Source of the DNA: a virus
IMG/VR virus record: IMGVR_UViG_3300022309_000001
Coordinates: 1 to 64,000 of that record
Length of the DNA stretch: 64,000 bases
Direction: 5' to 3' (one strand)
The notes under the pieces were generated by a model that ran no database searches, was not told the DNA's origin, and saw only the letters and a program-made list of their open reading frames with translations. How positions within the stretch are numbered: the stretch's first letter is position 1; every line of letters starts with the position of its first letter. The position numbers were made by a program, and so were the translations under genes. Below are positions 1 to 8,983 of the stretch, in pieces.

Positions 1-2
1 TG

Positions 3-302
3 TGGCCAAGCTCCAGGGCGCTCCGGCAGGCAGATCCGGACAACATGGTGATGGGCGCCGACGACGGCGGGGCGCAGATTCATGTGACGCCGGACGGGAA
101 GGTGGAGATCAAGCTGGGCGGCGGAGCGGCGCCCAACTCGGCCGCGCTGGCCGAGAAGCTCGAGGCGCTCTGGGGGCAGCTCAAGTCCGCGTTCGACACC
201 CACACTCATGCCACGGGGACCGGGCCTTCCGGGCCTCCCGTCTCGCCGGCTCCCGGGTGGGATTCATCCATCGCGTCGGACAAGCTGAAGCTGGAGGACT
301 GA
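3..302 (+). CDS. 3' end of baseplate central spike protein (P2 gpV / Mu gp45-like apex)
   Basis: Frame open from the window edge. C-terminus ...SAFDTHTHATGTGPSGPP has an HxHxH motif like metal-binding spike apex domains. Lies directly upstream of gp25-like, J-like, I-like and fibre genes. Confidence 0.5.
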   Translation, partial: WPSSRALRQADPDNMVMGADDGGAQIHVTPDGKVEIKLGGGAAPNSAALAEKLEALWGQLKSAFDTHTHATGTGPSGPPVSPAPGWDSSIASDKLKLED

Positions 303-778
303 TGCCGCTCAGCCCGACAACCTTGGCCAGCGAGCTGGACGCTAGCGTCCGGAACACCACCAGCGAGGCGGCGGCGCGGGACGCCTGGGCCTCGGCCTGG
401 ACGGCCTATTTCTACGGCGCGCTGGCCGGTGGCGTGCCGGTGGCGCCAGGCTCTCTCGCGGGTGCCGAGCTAGCCATGTCGTCCAGCATGGCGGGCCTCT
501 CGGTGACGGATGGCGTCGCCATGCAGAACGGCCTGACGGCCTTCTGGGGCGCGGTGGTGGTGAGCGCTCCAGTCATCTTCCCAACGGCGCTGCTGGTGAC
601 GCCACCTCCCGGGCTGGCCGCTGTCGCCGCCGCGCTGGCGGCCGTCTTCTCGGCCAACACTGCGGTGGCGGCGCCCAAGGACGTGGCGCTGCTGGCCATC
701 GCCGGGACGCTGCACGGCACAGCGGGGCTTGGCGGCACGGCAACTTTGCCAGGTCCAGTCGTTGTCCCTATAGTGTGA
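302..778 (+). CDS. hypothetical baseplate-module protein (158 aa, Ala/Gly-rich)
   Basis: ATG at 302 overlaps the upstream TGA (ATGA). It is the in-frame distal part of track ORF 2..778; the first 100 codons of that ORF overlap the spike gene and were discarded. Confidence 0.5.
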   Translation: MPLSPTTLASELDASVRNTTSEAAARDAWASAWTAYFYGALAGGVPVAPGSLAGAELAMSSSMAGLSVTDGVAMQNGLTAFWGAVVVSAPVIFPTALLVTPPPGLAAVAAALAAVFSANTAVAAPKDVALLAIAGTLHGTAGLGGTATLPGPVVVPIV

Positions 779-1146
779 GCCGCATGGACTTGGCACTCGA
801 CAGCCAGACTGGGGACCTGTACCTGAGCCGTGGCGGCCTCGCCACCGTGACGGGCGTCGACGCCATCCGGCAGAGCCTCACCATCCGGCTGCGCTTCTAC
901 AAGGGCGAGTGGTTCCTGGATCCAGCGATAGGGGTGCCGTACTTCGAGAGCATCCTGGTCAAGAATCCACGCATCCCGGAGGTGCAGTCCATCCTTCGGC
1001 AAGTCATCCTGACGACTCCTGGCGTGACGGGGCTGGAGAGGTTTGACTTCACGTTCGATGCCGCGCGGAGAACCGCGCGTCTTCGTTTCACTGCGTCCAG
1101 CACCTCCGGTCCGGTGGTGTTCGACCGCGAGCTGATTGTGGGGTGA
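775..1146 (+). CDS. baseplate wedge protein, gp25/GPW-like
   Basis: 123 aa. GDLYL..GGL..V.GVDAIRQSL.IRL.F.KGEWFLD...GVPY pattern typical of gp25/W-type baseplate proteins. Precedes the J-like gene. Confidence 0.6.
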   Translation: MSRMDLALDSQTGDLYLSRGGLATVTGVDAIRQSLTIRLRFYKGEWFLDPAIGVPYFESILVKNPRIPEVQSILRQVILTTPGVTGLERFDFTFDAARRTARLRFTASSTSGPVVFDRELIVG

Positions 1147-1150
1147 CGGC

Positions 1151-2494
1151 ATGGCGGACTATGGCGTCACGCTGACAGGGTTCGTCCGGAAGCCTCTGGA
1201 CGTGCTGACAGAGGAGATGAAGACGGACCTCGTGGAGCTGTTCGGCCCAGAGGCGGACGTGACGGCAACGTCCGTGCTTGGCCAGTTGAGCGGCATCTTC
1301 CTGGAGCGAATCGACGAGCTGTGGGGTGTGGCTGAGTCGCTCTACAACGCGCGCAACCCGGACAGCGCGGTTGGTGACGCGCAGGACAACCTGTGCTCTC
1401 TGACAGGCGTCCTGCGCGAGGCCGCCCGGTCGAGCGTGGCGGTGGCGGTGCTGTGTACTGGCGACGAGGGCACTTCGCTGCTTGCTGGGCGGGTGGCGTC
1501 AGTCGTTGGCACTGGGTACAGGTTCGCGTCCGTCGCTCCGGTGGTGCTGACTATCGCGGGCTCGTGGGCCAGCGACACCGCCTATGTCTACGGGGACATC
1601 AGGACCAACGACGGCAACATCTACGTCGTGATCAGCGATGACGGCACCTCGGCTTCGTCCGGTGGCCCAACCGGCGAGGGCTCGGACATCCTGGACGGCA
1701 GCGTGCATTGGAGGTTCGTCGGCGATGGCGTGGCGTATGCGGCTGTCGACTTCGCTGCTGAGGAGACGGGGCCGATCAACGCCTCGGCCTACACGCTGAC
1801 CAAGATTGAAACCCCGGAGTCCGGCTGGCTTGGAGTCGCCAACCCAACCGATGCGGAGCTTGGCCGGAACGTGGAGACGAATGAGCAGCTCAGGTTGCGC
1901 AGGGAGCGGACGCTGCGCGCTCCTGGATCCGCAGCCCTTGAGGCGATTGGTGCCAGGGTGCGGAACCTGCCGGGCGTCGTCGAGGCGTTCGTCTTCGAGA
2001 ACGTCTCCATCGACACCAGCCCGGACGGACTACCGGGCAAGAGCTTCGAGGTGGTGGTGGACGGAGGGGATGACGACGAGATCGCACGCTCCATCTTCGA
2101 CTCCAAGCCCATCGGGATCGAGTCGTTCGGCACCACCACCGTCTACGTGGACGACTCGCAGGGCACCTCGCACGCCATCAAGTTCAGCCGCCCCGAGCGC
2201 GTGGATCTGTACGTGGACATGACGGTCAAGGTGAATCCGTCTGTCTTCCCGGTGGACGGAATCGAGGACGTGAAGCTGGCGCTCGTCCAGAAGGGCGACA
2301 CGCTTGGCATCGGGGATGATGTCATCGTGCTGCCGCTCCGAGCTTCTCCCTTGTCCGTCCCTGGCGTCGTCGACGTGTACAGCTTTGAGGTGGACACCGT
2401 GACGCCTCCGGTCAACGTCAACAACCTGATGATCTCCAATCGGCAGCGCGCCAGGTTTGACACCTCGCGCGTAACCGTGGCAGTGGTGCCTTGA
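1151..2494 (+). CDS. baseplate J-like protein (P2 gpJ / Mu gp47 family)
   Basis: 447 aa from ATG 1151, just after the upstream stop. Size, position between W-like and I-like genes and overall sequence character fit Baseplate_J. Confidence 0.7.
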   Translation: MADYGVTLTGFVRKPLDVLTEEMKTDLVELFGPEADVTATSVLGQLSGIFLERIDELWGVAESLYNARNPDSAVGDAQDNLCSLTGVLREAARSSVAVAVLCTGDEGTSLLAGRVASVVGTGYRFASVAPVVLTIAGSWASDTAYVYGDIRTNDGNIYVVISDDGTSASSGGPTGEGSDILDGSVHWRFVGDGVAYAAVDFAAEETGPINASAYTLTKIETPESGWLGVANPTDAELGRNVETNEQLRLRRERTLRAPGSAALEAIGARVRNLPGVVEAFVFENVSIDTSPDGLPGKSFEVVVDGGDDDEIARSIFDSKPIGIESFGTTTVYVDDSQGTSHAIKFSRPERVDLYVDMTVKVNPSVFPVDGIEDVKLALVQKGDTLGIGDDVIVLPLRASPLSVPGVVDVYSFEVDTVTPPVNVNNLMISNRQRARFDTSRVTVAVVP

Positions 2495-3228
2495 TGCTAG
2501 AGCGCAAGACAACCCATGTGTCCGAGATGCTGGGCCGGCTGGCGCAGCAGTTCAAGGGCAAGCCCTTGATCGAAGGCTTCATCCGCATCCTGGCGAAGTA
2601 CGTCCAGGAGTTGGAGGACGTGTTTGACGCAGTGTATGTGAAGCTCGCCAAGCCGGACGCTGAAGGGAGGCAGCTCGAGCTTGTCGGGAAGCTGGTTGGA
2701 GAGCCTCGGGGCTCCAGGGCAGATCCGGAGTTCGGCGAGGCCATCGACTCGCGCGTGGTGCTCAACACCGCGCACGGGCGAATCGAGGAGCTGATCTACC
2801 TCACGCAGACGCTCGTTGGTCCTCTCCAGGTTGTCGTCACTGAGTCTGCCCCGGCTGGCTTCGAGCTTGTCATCGCCGAGTCGGTGACGCAGATTCCAGC
2901 GCTCTGGCAGCCTAGCACCCCGTACCGGCTTGGAGAGCAGGTGACGAGCCACGGCAAGGCGTACGTGGCCATGAATGACGGAGCTTCTGGGACCGGAGAT
3001 GGGCCATCCGGGACCGGGGCCGGCATAGTTGACGGCTCGATGTTTTGGAACTACTACCAGCCTGGCACTGGAGAGAGCGCGGCGCTGTTCGCGCTCGCTG
3101 CGAAGCCGGCCGGCGTGCGAGGAATCGTCTGGTATCACGACACCAAGGAGCCGTTTGGGTTCGATGGAAACCCGGATGCTTTCGGGTTTGGAACTGGCGC
3201 GCTGGGCGGAGCGGTTGAGTTGCTGTAG
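2494..3228 (+). CDS. tail protein I-like / Mu gp48-like baseplate protein
   Basis: TGATG coupling to the J-like gene. 244 aa in the canonical position between the J-like gene and the tail fibre. Call is mainly positional. Confidence 0.5.
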   Translation: MLERKTTHVSEMLGRLAQQFKGKPLIEGFIRILAKYVQELEDVFDAVYVKLAKPDAEGRQLELVGKLVGEPRGSRADPEFGEAIDSRVVLNTAHGRIEELIYLTQTLVGPLQVVVTESAPAGFELVIAESVTQIPALWQPSTPYRLGEQVTSHGKAYVAMNDGASGTGDGPSGTGAGIVDGSMFWNYYQPGTGESAALFALAAKPAGVRGIVWYHDTKEPFGFDGNPDAFGFGTGALGGAVELL

Positions 3229-3249
3229 CGCGCGGAATGGGGATGTGAG

Positions 3250-4977
3250 ATGCCTCTGCCGAAGCCGGCTGTGATTCCGAGATGGGCCGACACTCCCGGT
3301 CGGCGTATAGAGCCCACTGAGGGGCGCAAGGACTCTGGATGGTTTGTTGGTGACATCCCGCCAGCAGAGCACTTCAACTGGTTGTGGGGGTATGGTGGAG
3401 ACTGGTGGAAGTGGCTCGCTGAGCGGGTGGATGATGGCATCGGTCCATCTCCGGAGACGCAGTTCCTCATCAAGAATCCAGACCTCGGCACTCCCCAGTT
3501 GAAGACGATGGTGACGAGTGGGGTCCAGATCCACGAGTCCCTCAATGTCGGATTTGAGGCTGCCTCTGGAATCTACCAGGCCGTCTCGGTTGGAGACATT
3601 GACTTCAGGCTGACCTACAACGCAGCGGCTCCGTCGTTGATGTTCAGCGCCGGGGTGGATCTGCTCAGGTGCAACCGCGCGGCTCACAGATTCGAGTGGC
3701 TGGCTGACTCGGTTGTGCGCGCGACGATTGGTCCGGTGGGGCTGAGGGTTGGGCAGGGCGATCCGGTCTACCCTTTACACGTCGACGAGATCGCGGTTGG
3801 CACGCTTGGTGGAATTGTTGGTGACATGGCGAACATCTCCTCCATGGAACACCTAAGCGACGACACCGTGGACCTGCTGACGTACGGCTACCGTAACGCC
3901 ACCGGGACCGACTGGACCACTGCATCAACGTACATCCACTATGGGGCCGAGGCCGGGGCCGAGCGCCATGGCTTCGTGAGGTTCTCCGGTAGTGCGGTGT
4001 CGAGCGTGGCGCATGGCATCGGTGCGCACGTGGGCATCGGATCTGGCGCCTTCGGCTCGGAGCCAGCGCTGTTTGTCGATGCGGCCAACGTCTACGTGCA
4101 TGCGCTGCTGCCTCGCACGGCGTTCGGCCTTGGCGCTCCGCTGTCCGTCATCGGCTCGAGCGCGCGCCCGTGGAGCACCATCTGGATGCGCGACAGCAGC
4201 GGGACGGACGCGCACATCAACGCCACTGGCAGCGGTGGGCCGGGGAAGCTGACGCTTGAGGTGTTCGATGGGGTGCTTACGCGCGGCAGGATCAAGCTGG
4301 TCGGCAGCGAGACGATTCCGTACCTGGATTGCTACTCTGTAGGATACCTCAAGGCTCCAGGAGTACATGCAACCGTCCACAGCGGTAACACGCCGGTCGA
4401 GACGCAAGGATTCGGCTTCAGGAACGACTCGGATGTCTGGGACGTAACTGGACTCTTCTACGCTGGGGCCCCGACTGCACTGCGTATATGGAAGCAGAAC
4501 AGGCGGATGGTCGACATCGCTGGGCGTGTTGGGAACATCGATGATGTGCAGTTCACACTGGGTCGTGGATCTGGACCTGTTGGCAGCCCTCCGACCGTGG
4601 CGGATCTGCGCGAGTATGCATGCGTCTGTCAGGACTTCCTGTCGCAAGACACAATCGCCAGGGGTGACCTGGTGCGAGTCTCGGCTGCTGCTGACCAGTC
4701 TGTTGTTAGGACCGCAGTGCTAGGTGATGCGGGTGCGGTTGGATTCGCTGTCGATGACATCGCGAACGGAGCAGTAGGAAGAATCGCGACAAGTGGTGTC
4801 GTGATTGCTCGGTCCGATGGAGCGCCAGGAGTGACGAGGGGCAACTACGTGCAAGCATCTGGGGTGACTGGTAGAGTGCAGAATTTGACCCTATTCGGCC
4901 CGGCCTGTGTGGGCATTGCACTCAAGACAGTCGGAGCGGATTCGTATTTTCCGCTGCTGATCCGATTCGGCGGCTAG
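3250..4977 (+). CDS. tail fibre protein
   Basis: 575 aa. N-terminus ...GWFVGDIPPAEHFNWLWGYGGDWWKWL resembles conserved phage fibre N-terminal attachment motifs. Gly/Ala/Val-rich beta-type distal part. Follows the baseplate genes. Confidence 0.65.
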   Translation: MPLPKPAVIPRWADTPGRRIEPTEGRKDSGWFVGDIPPAEHFNWLWGYGGDWWKWLAERVDDGIGPSPETQFLIKNPDLGTPQLKTMVTSGVQIHESLNVGFEAASGIYQAVSVGDIDFRLTYNAAAPSLMFSAGVDLLRCNRAAHRFEWLADSVVRATIGPVGLRVGQGDPVYPLHVDEIAVGTLGGIVGDMANISSMEHLSDDTVDLLTYGYRNATGTDWTTASTYIHYGAEAGAERHGFVRFSGSAVSSVAHGIGAHVGIGSGAFGSEPALFVDAANVYVHALLPRTAFGLGAPLSVIGSSARPWSTIWMRDSSGTDAHINATGSGGPGKLTLEVFDGVLTRGRIKLVGSETIPYLDCYSVGYLKAPGVHATVHSGNTPVETQGFGFRNDSDVWDVTGLFYAGAPTALRIWKQNRRMVDIAGRVGNIDDVQFTLGRGSGPVGSPPTVADLREYACVCQDFLSQDTIARGDLVRVSAAADQSVVRTAVLGDAGAVGFAVDDIANGAVGRIATSGVVIARSDGAPGVTRGNYVQASGVTGRVQNLTLFGPACVGIALKTVGADSYFPLLIRFGG

Positions 4978-4989
4978 GAAGGAGACGAC

Positions 4990-5256
4990 GTGGAGAACGT
5001 GGCGAAGTTGGAGGCTGTGAAGTCCGAGACGGTGGTGACGCTTCCGCGCGAGACGTGCCTCGAGCTGGATAATCTCCAGCTCAGGATGCACGCAACGACG
5101 CTGGAGCACTCCATTCGGATGCGCGAGTTGCAGGCCGCCAGGGAGACGGCGGCCGAGTTGATCCGGCAGAAGTACGGCGTGGACGTGAGGGACCCGGAGA
5201 TCCAGGTCAACCTCCACACGGGCGAGTGCGTGCGCAAGGCCGGGGACTCCGAGTGA
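4990..5256 (+). CDS. hypothetical protein downstream of the fibre (possible fibre chaperone)
   Basis: 88 aa, GTG start 13 nt after the fibre stop. No recognisable motif; function suggested by position only. Confidence 0.4.
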   Translation: MENVAKLEAVKSETVVTLPRETCLELDNLQLRMHATTLEHSIRMRELQAARETAAELIRQKYGVDVRDPEIQVNLHTGECVRKAGDSE

Positions 5257-5738
5257 GCGTCCAGAAGCCCCGGGTGGAGCTGCGCAAGTCGCCCAACTAC
5301 GGGCTGCGCGGCGGTCGCGCCATCGACGCCATCGTACTGCACCACACCGGCCCGGGGCGCACGTCCGGGCATCTGGCGTGGCTGTGCGACCCTGCTTCCA
5401 AGGTATCGGCCCACTACCTCATCGGCCGGGACGGCACCATCTACCAGCTTGTCCAGGACGAGATGGCGGCCTGGCACGCCGGCAAGTCGAGCCTGCACGG
5501 GGATGAGGCGGTCAACTCCCGCTCCATCGGAATCGAGCTGACGCACTCGGGCGACAACGCGACGCCCTTCCCGGAGGCGCAGTACGGGGCGCTCGAGGCG
5601 CTGCTGCTCTACCTGGTGCAGCGCTACGGGGTGAAGCCCGAGAACCTCGTCGGACACCGGGACGTGGCGCCTGACAGGAAGGTGGACCCGGCCGACAGCT
5701 TCGACTGGGAGCGGGTGCGCCGGGCCGTCTACGGCTAG
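5253..5738 (+). CDS. N-acetylmuramoyl-L-alanine amidase endolysin (Amidase_2/PGRP fold)
   Basis: Motifs IDAIVLHHTG, HYLIGRDGTIYQLV, AWHAG, NSRSIGIEL. GTG 5253 gives GTGA coupling; the track start 5226 is an alternative. Confidence 0.85.
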   Translation: MSVQKPRVELRKSPNYGLRGGRAIDAIVLHHTGPGRTSGHLAWLCDPASKVSAHYLIGRDGTIYQLVQDEMAAWHAGKSSLHGDEAVNSRSIGIELTHSGDNATPFPEAQYGALEALLLYLVQRYGVKPENLVGHRDVAPDRKVDPADSFDWERVRRAVYG

Positions 5739-5807
5739 CGGCGCGAGCGTCAAGCTTGCCAAGTCCCTCTGGTTGTGGCACGCTGGCCAGCTAGCCAGGA
5801 GGGAGAC

Positions 5808-6116
5808 GTGGCCAGACAGGTAACGATTGGCAGGACGGTGCTGTACCGGCTGACGGCGGAGGATGCCCACGCGATCAACAGGTCGCTCGTGAAGGGCATG
5901 CCGGAGGACTCTAGGGTCGCCGATGTCAACATCGGAAACCCGGAGCGCGCGGGCTCAATCCTCCCGATGGTGGTCGTCCGGGTGTGGCCGGATGCGTTCG
6001 GCCGGGACCCTAGCGTCAACGGTCAGGTGCTCCTAGACGGCAATGGCGTCATGTGGGTCCAGTCCGTTTCCGAGGGCGCCGAACCTGGCCAGTGGCACTG
6101 GCCGGAGATGGTGTAG
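5808..6116 (+). CDS. hypothetical protein
   Basis: GTG 5808 preceded by AGGAGGGAGAC. 102 aa, high GC3. Confidence 0.5.
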   Translation: MARQVTIGRTVLYRLTAEDAHAINRSLVKGMPEDSRVADVNIGNPERAGSILPMVVVRVWPDAFGRDPSVNGQVLLDGNGVMWVQSVSEGAEPGQWHWPEMV

Positions 6117-6118
6117 CC

Positions 6119-6340
6119 ATGCAGCACCGCACTCCAGCCAAGGAAGACAAGCGCCTGTGGATGGCGGCGCTCGTCCAGGTTGCGCTCGTGGGGCTGATGC
6201 TCCGGGGAGTGGTGTCGGGTGACACCGGGACGGCGGCGCTCGTGACGTTGACGCTCGGCTACCTGGGGCAGAGCCAGGCCGGCCAGACGTTGAGGGCGAG
6301 GGCGGCTAGGAGGACCGGGGAGCAGGAGGGCGAGCGGTGA
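6119..6340 (+). CDS. small two-TM membrane protein, holin candidate
   Basis: ATG 6119 inside track ORF 6053..6340. 73 aa with hydrophobic helices LWMAALVQVALVGLML and AALVTLTLGYL and a charged tail. Close to the endolysin. Confidence 0.4.
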   Translation: MQHRTPAKEDKRLWMAALVQVALVGLMLRGVVSGDTGTAALVTLTLGYLGQSQAGQTLRARAARRTGEQEGER

Positions 6341-6370
6341 CGGGGACGAATCGAGAGGCGGAGGTGGCCC

Positions 6371-6658
6371 GTGTCTGACAGGACGAGCGCCGAGATCTTC
6401 GGGGACGTGTTCATGTACCTGGCGGAGCAGCCGAAGACGCCGGAGCGCGACGCCTTCGCCAGGAAGATGTGGGAGCGTACAGGCGAGTACGACTTCTCGG
6501 CACGTCAGATGGACGCAGACGACGGGCTGATCGCCCTGGGCCTGGCACGCAAGGTGCCCGACAAAGATGACCCGGGCTGGATGGAGGTGCTCTACGACGG
6601 CGACGAAGGCTTCGAGGAGGCGCTGGCTGCTGGAGCGCCATCGGAGGGCGAGCGGTGA
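6371..6658 (+). CDS. hypothetical acidic protein
   Basis: GTG start after GGAGGTGGCCC; 95 aa. Confidence 0.5.
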   Translation: MSDRTSAEIFGDVFMYLAEQPKTPERDAFARKMWERTGEYDFSARQMDADDGLIALGLARKVPDKDDPGWMEVLYDGDEGFEEALAAGAPSEGER

Positions 6659-7368
6659 AGCCCTACTACGAGGAGCCCGGGATCCAGCTCTACCAGGGCG
6701 ACAACCGCGAGGTGCTCGCGGCGCTCGGTATTCGCCCCGAGGACGTGGCGCTCCTTTGGGGGGACCCGCCGTATGGGATCGACCTCCAACCGCATGCGGT
6801 CTCACGCGGGGGCAAGAGCGGCAAGCGCTGCGCGTCGAACACGTGGGCGCCCATCACGGGCGACGCTGAACCGTTCGACCCGGAACCCTGGCTGCGCTTC
6901 CCTCGGCTAGTGCTATGGGGGGCGAACCACTACGCCGACAGGCTGCCGGCGTCCGCCGCGTGGTGGACTTGGGACAAGACGGGCGGCGGTAAGATGTTCG
7001 ATCAGAACTCGGACGCCGAGTTGGCTTGGGTGTGTCTCGGCGACACGGCGAGCGTGCGCGTCTTCCATCACCTTTGGAAGGGGCTTGCTACCGAATCTGA
7101 GAAGGGTCGCCTTGCGTCCGGCCGTGTGACGAACACCGCCCGCGTCCACCCCACCCAGAAGCCCGAGGCGCTGGCCTCGTGGGGTTTCCAGCGCGCGGGA
7201 CTGAAGGCCGGCGATCTTGTCCTATCGCCCTGGCTCGGCTCAGGCCCGGAGGCGGCGGCGGCCAAGCGGCTCGGGCTGCGGTTCGTGGGAATCGAACTGG
7301 TCCCCGAGTACCTCGACGCCTGCGTTGACCGGCTCCGGCAGGGCGTCCTGTTCGCGGAGGGGGCATGA
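6655..7368 (+). CDS. DNA methyltransferase (N6-adenine/N4-cytosine, DPPY type)
   Basis: LLWGDPPYGID (motif IV) near the N-terminus. HPTQKPEAL and LSPWLGSGPEAAAAKRLGLRFVGIEL (AdoMet motif I) near the C-terminus. This is the beta-class order. Confidence 0.85.
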   Translation: MKPYYEEPGIQLYQGDNREVLAALGIRPEDVALLWGDPPYGIDLQPHAVSRGGKSGKRCASNTWAPITGDAEPFDPEPWLRFPRLVLWGANHYADRLPASAAWWTWDKTGGGKMFDQNSDAELAWVCLGDTASVRVFHHLWKGLATESEKGRLASGRVTNTARVHPTQKPEALASWGFQRAGLKAGDLVLSPWLGSGPEAAAAKRLGLRFVGIELVPEYLDACVDRLRQGVLFAEGA

Positions 7369-7922
7369 CGGCCGCGCTCGCCTACCTCCGGAAGAACTGG
7401 CGGCCCCTGGCCGTCCTGCTGGCGCTCGTCGGCTTGGCGGTGGCGATCCAGTGTGGCCAGCCGGCCAGGGTGGTGGAGCGCCGGAAGGTGGAGTGGCGGG
7501 ACCGGGGCGAGGAGACGACAACCAAGACGACGCGGATCGAGGAAGGCCCCAAGCGCGAGATGCGGATACGCAAGAAGTACGCGCCGCCGCCGGCAGACTC
7601 GCCGTGTGCGGACCGCCCCGTTGAGGTGGAGACCATCTTCATCGACACCGGCCCCAAGCTGACGCTGGGAGCAGAGGGTACGGCGAAGAAGTGGGACAAC
7701 GAGGGCAAGGCGGCGGCCGAGCGGGTCGTCGACTCGCGCGCGCGCTGGCGGGTGGGCGCGCTGGTGGGCGCCCAGGTGGCGCTACCGCCGGCCCTGGTGG
7801 TGGGGCTGCATGGGGAGGCCCGAGTCGCAGGCCCGGTGTGGGCTGGCGCATGGGTGCTGGCGGATCCACGCTGGCCGGCCGGCAGGGTGGAGGCTGGGGT
7901 GTCGGTGGGGGTGGAGTGGTGA
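7365..7922 (+). CDS. N-terminally membrane-anchored/secreted protein (lysis accessory candidate)
   Basis: ATGA coupling. N-terminal hydrophobic segment WRPLAVLLALVGLAVAIQCG, then a charged region and a Gly/Ala/Val/Trp-rich C-terminus. Confidence 0.45.
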   Translation: MTAALAYLRKNWRPLAVLLALVGLAVAIQCGQPARVVERRKVEWRDRGEETTTKTTRIEEGPKREMRIRKKYAPPPADSPCADRPVEVETIFIDTGPKLTLGAEGTAKKWDNEGKAAAERVVDSRARWRVGALVGAQVALPPALVVGLHGEARVAGPVWAGAWVLADPRWPAGRVEAGVSVGVEW

Positions 7923-8542
7923 CGGACTACGTGACGTGCGCCGAGTCGGTGCTGCCACTCAGAGTCGTCCCACAGCCATCGCCTGACGTGTGCGCTGGAG
8001 GCGACTGCGGCGCCTGCGTGTTGGCCGGTCTGACGGGCCTCGAGGTGCCGGAGGTGTACCGGAGGCTCCATGATGGCAAGGTGCAGACGTTCGACCAGGG
8101 CGCCATGGGCCGGGCGCTGCACGAGCCGGACTTCTTCGACAGGTGCGTTGAGGCTCCCATCGGCTGGCCGGTCAACCACGTCTGGGCGGCCTGGGGCATG
8201 CAGCCACACCACCAGAACATCGAGTGGTTCCGCTACGTCCGGATGGGGCTAGACGCGGGATACTACGGGGTGGCGTGCGTAGACTTCCGCAAGGCCGGGC
8301 CGCTCGGGATGGGGACGGACCACTGGGTGCTGCTGTGCGGCTACCGCGAGAGGAGGCCATCCCCGGGCTCGGGCGGCGGGCGCGTCTTCACGGAGCTGCT
8401 GGTGAGCTGCTCGGCGAGAAGCTCGCCGGCCGAGGAGTGGGTGGACTCTCACGACTTCCTGCGAGAGCGCGGCGGCTTCAACCTGTGCCTGGTACGCCCG
8501 CGCTTCAATGCCGGGACGCTGTGCGGCTACTCGTCCCCATAG
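7919..8542 (+). CDS. papain-fold cysteine peptidase-like protein (C39-like)
   Basis: GTGA-coupled start inside track ORF 7691..8542. Candidate catalytic pair GGDCGACVLAGL (Cys) and GTDHWVLLCGY (His). Confidence 0.45.
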   Translation: MTDYVTCAESVLPLRVVPQPSPDVCAGGDCGACVLAGLTGLEVPEVYRRLHDGKVQTFDQGAMGRALHEPDFFDRCVEAPIGWPVNHVWAAWGMQPHHQNIEWFRYVRMGLDAGYYGVACVDFRKAGPLGMGTDHWVLLCGYRERRPSPGSGGGRVFTELLVSCSARSSPAEEWVDSHDFLRERGGFNLCLVRPRFNAGTLCGYSSP

Positions 8543-8928
8543 GAGTCGAACTGCGACGCGCTCCGGGCCGCTCGTCTGGGCAACGACCGCAGCGCTTGCC
8601 AGATCCACCCAACGGCTCCGACGACCAACCCCGACAGTACAACCAGCGCCAGGAAGACATCGCCGATCAGCCTATCTTCCACCTTCACCGCCGCCCGGCT
8701 CTTCGGCCCACACCGACGCCAAGCCCCTCGAGCCGCCCGCCATAGCAGCGTGCCAAGGCAAGACAGCAAGACGCCAAGCAACAACGGAGGCGGCAGGGAC
8801 AACTCCTCGGGCGCGACGGCCAGCGCCGCACAGCCCAGCCCGTACACCAGGGCCACAATCGCAGCCACCGCAGTCAGGACGGCCACCGCAAGCCTCAGCA
8901 CGATGCCGTCTATCTCGCTGCCGTGCAT
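8527..8928 (-). CDS. multi-pass membrane protein (moron-like)
   Basis: 133 aa from ATG 8928 (GAAGGG upstream). About four hydrophobic helices. Convergent with the end of the lysis region. Confidence 0.5.
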   Translation of the reverse strand: MHGSEIDGIVLRLAVAVLTAVAAIVALVYGLGCAALAVAPEELSLPPPLLLGVLLSCLGTLLWRAARGAWRRCGPKSRAAVKVEDRLIGDVFLALVVLSGLVVGAVGWIWQALRSLPRRAARSASQFDSYGDE

Positions 8929-8983
8929 AGTCGCCCTTCGATGCGCCCATCGGAGCATTCAGCGTCCGGCGACGCGGCCGGAC

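Noticed and set aside
2-301. First 100 codons of track ORF 2-778
   Set aside because: Arg/Gly-rich shadow of the spike gene frame. ATG 302, overlapping the spike stop, is the likely start.
2497-3687. Long antisense ORFs in the track: 2497-3687(-), 4974-5870(-), 35195-36943(-), 44837-46378(-), 51790-53832(-), 48942-49943(-), 31226-31957(-)
   Set aside because: Their products are Arg/Pro/Gly/Ala-rich and low-complexity. They lie opposite genes with clear motifs or strong GC3 bias. These are typical shadow frames of high-GC DNA.
3250-4977. Diversity-generating retroelement targeting the tail fibre
   Set aside because: There is no reverse-transcriptase ORF. I noticed no template/variable repeat pair near the fibre C-terminus.
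7691-7918. Gly/Arg-rich N-terminal extension of the peptidase-like ORF (track start 7691)
   Set aside because: It fully overlaps gene 7365-7922 in another frame and is low-complexity. GTG 7919, with GTGA coupling, gives a sensible start.
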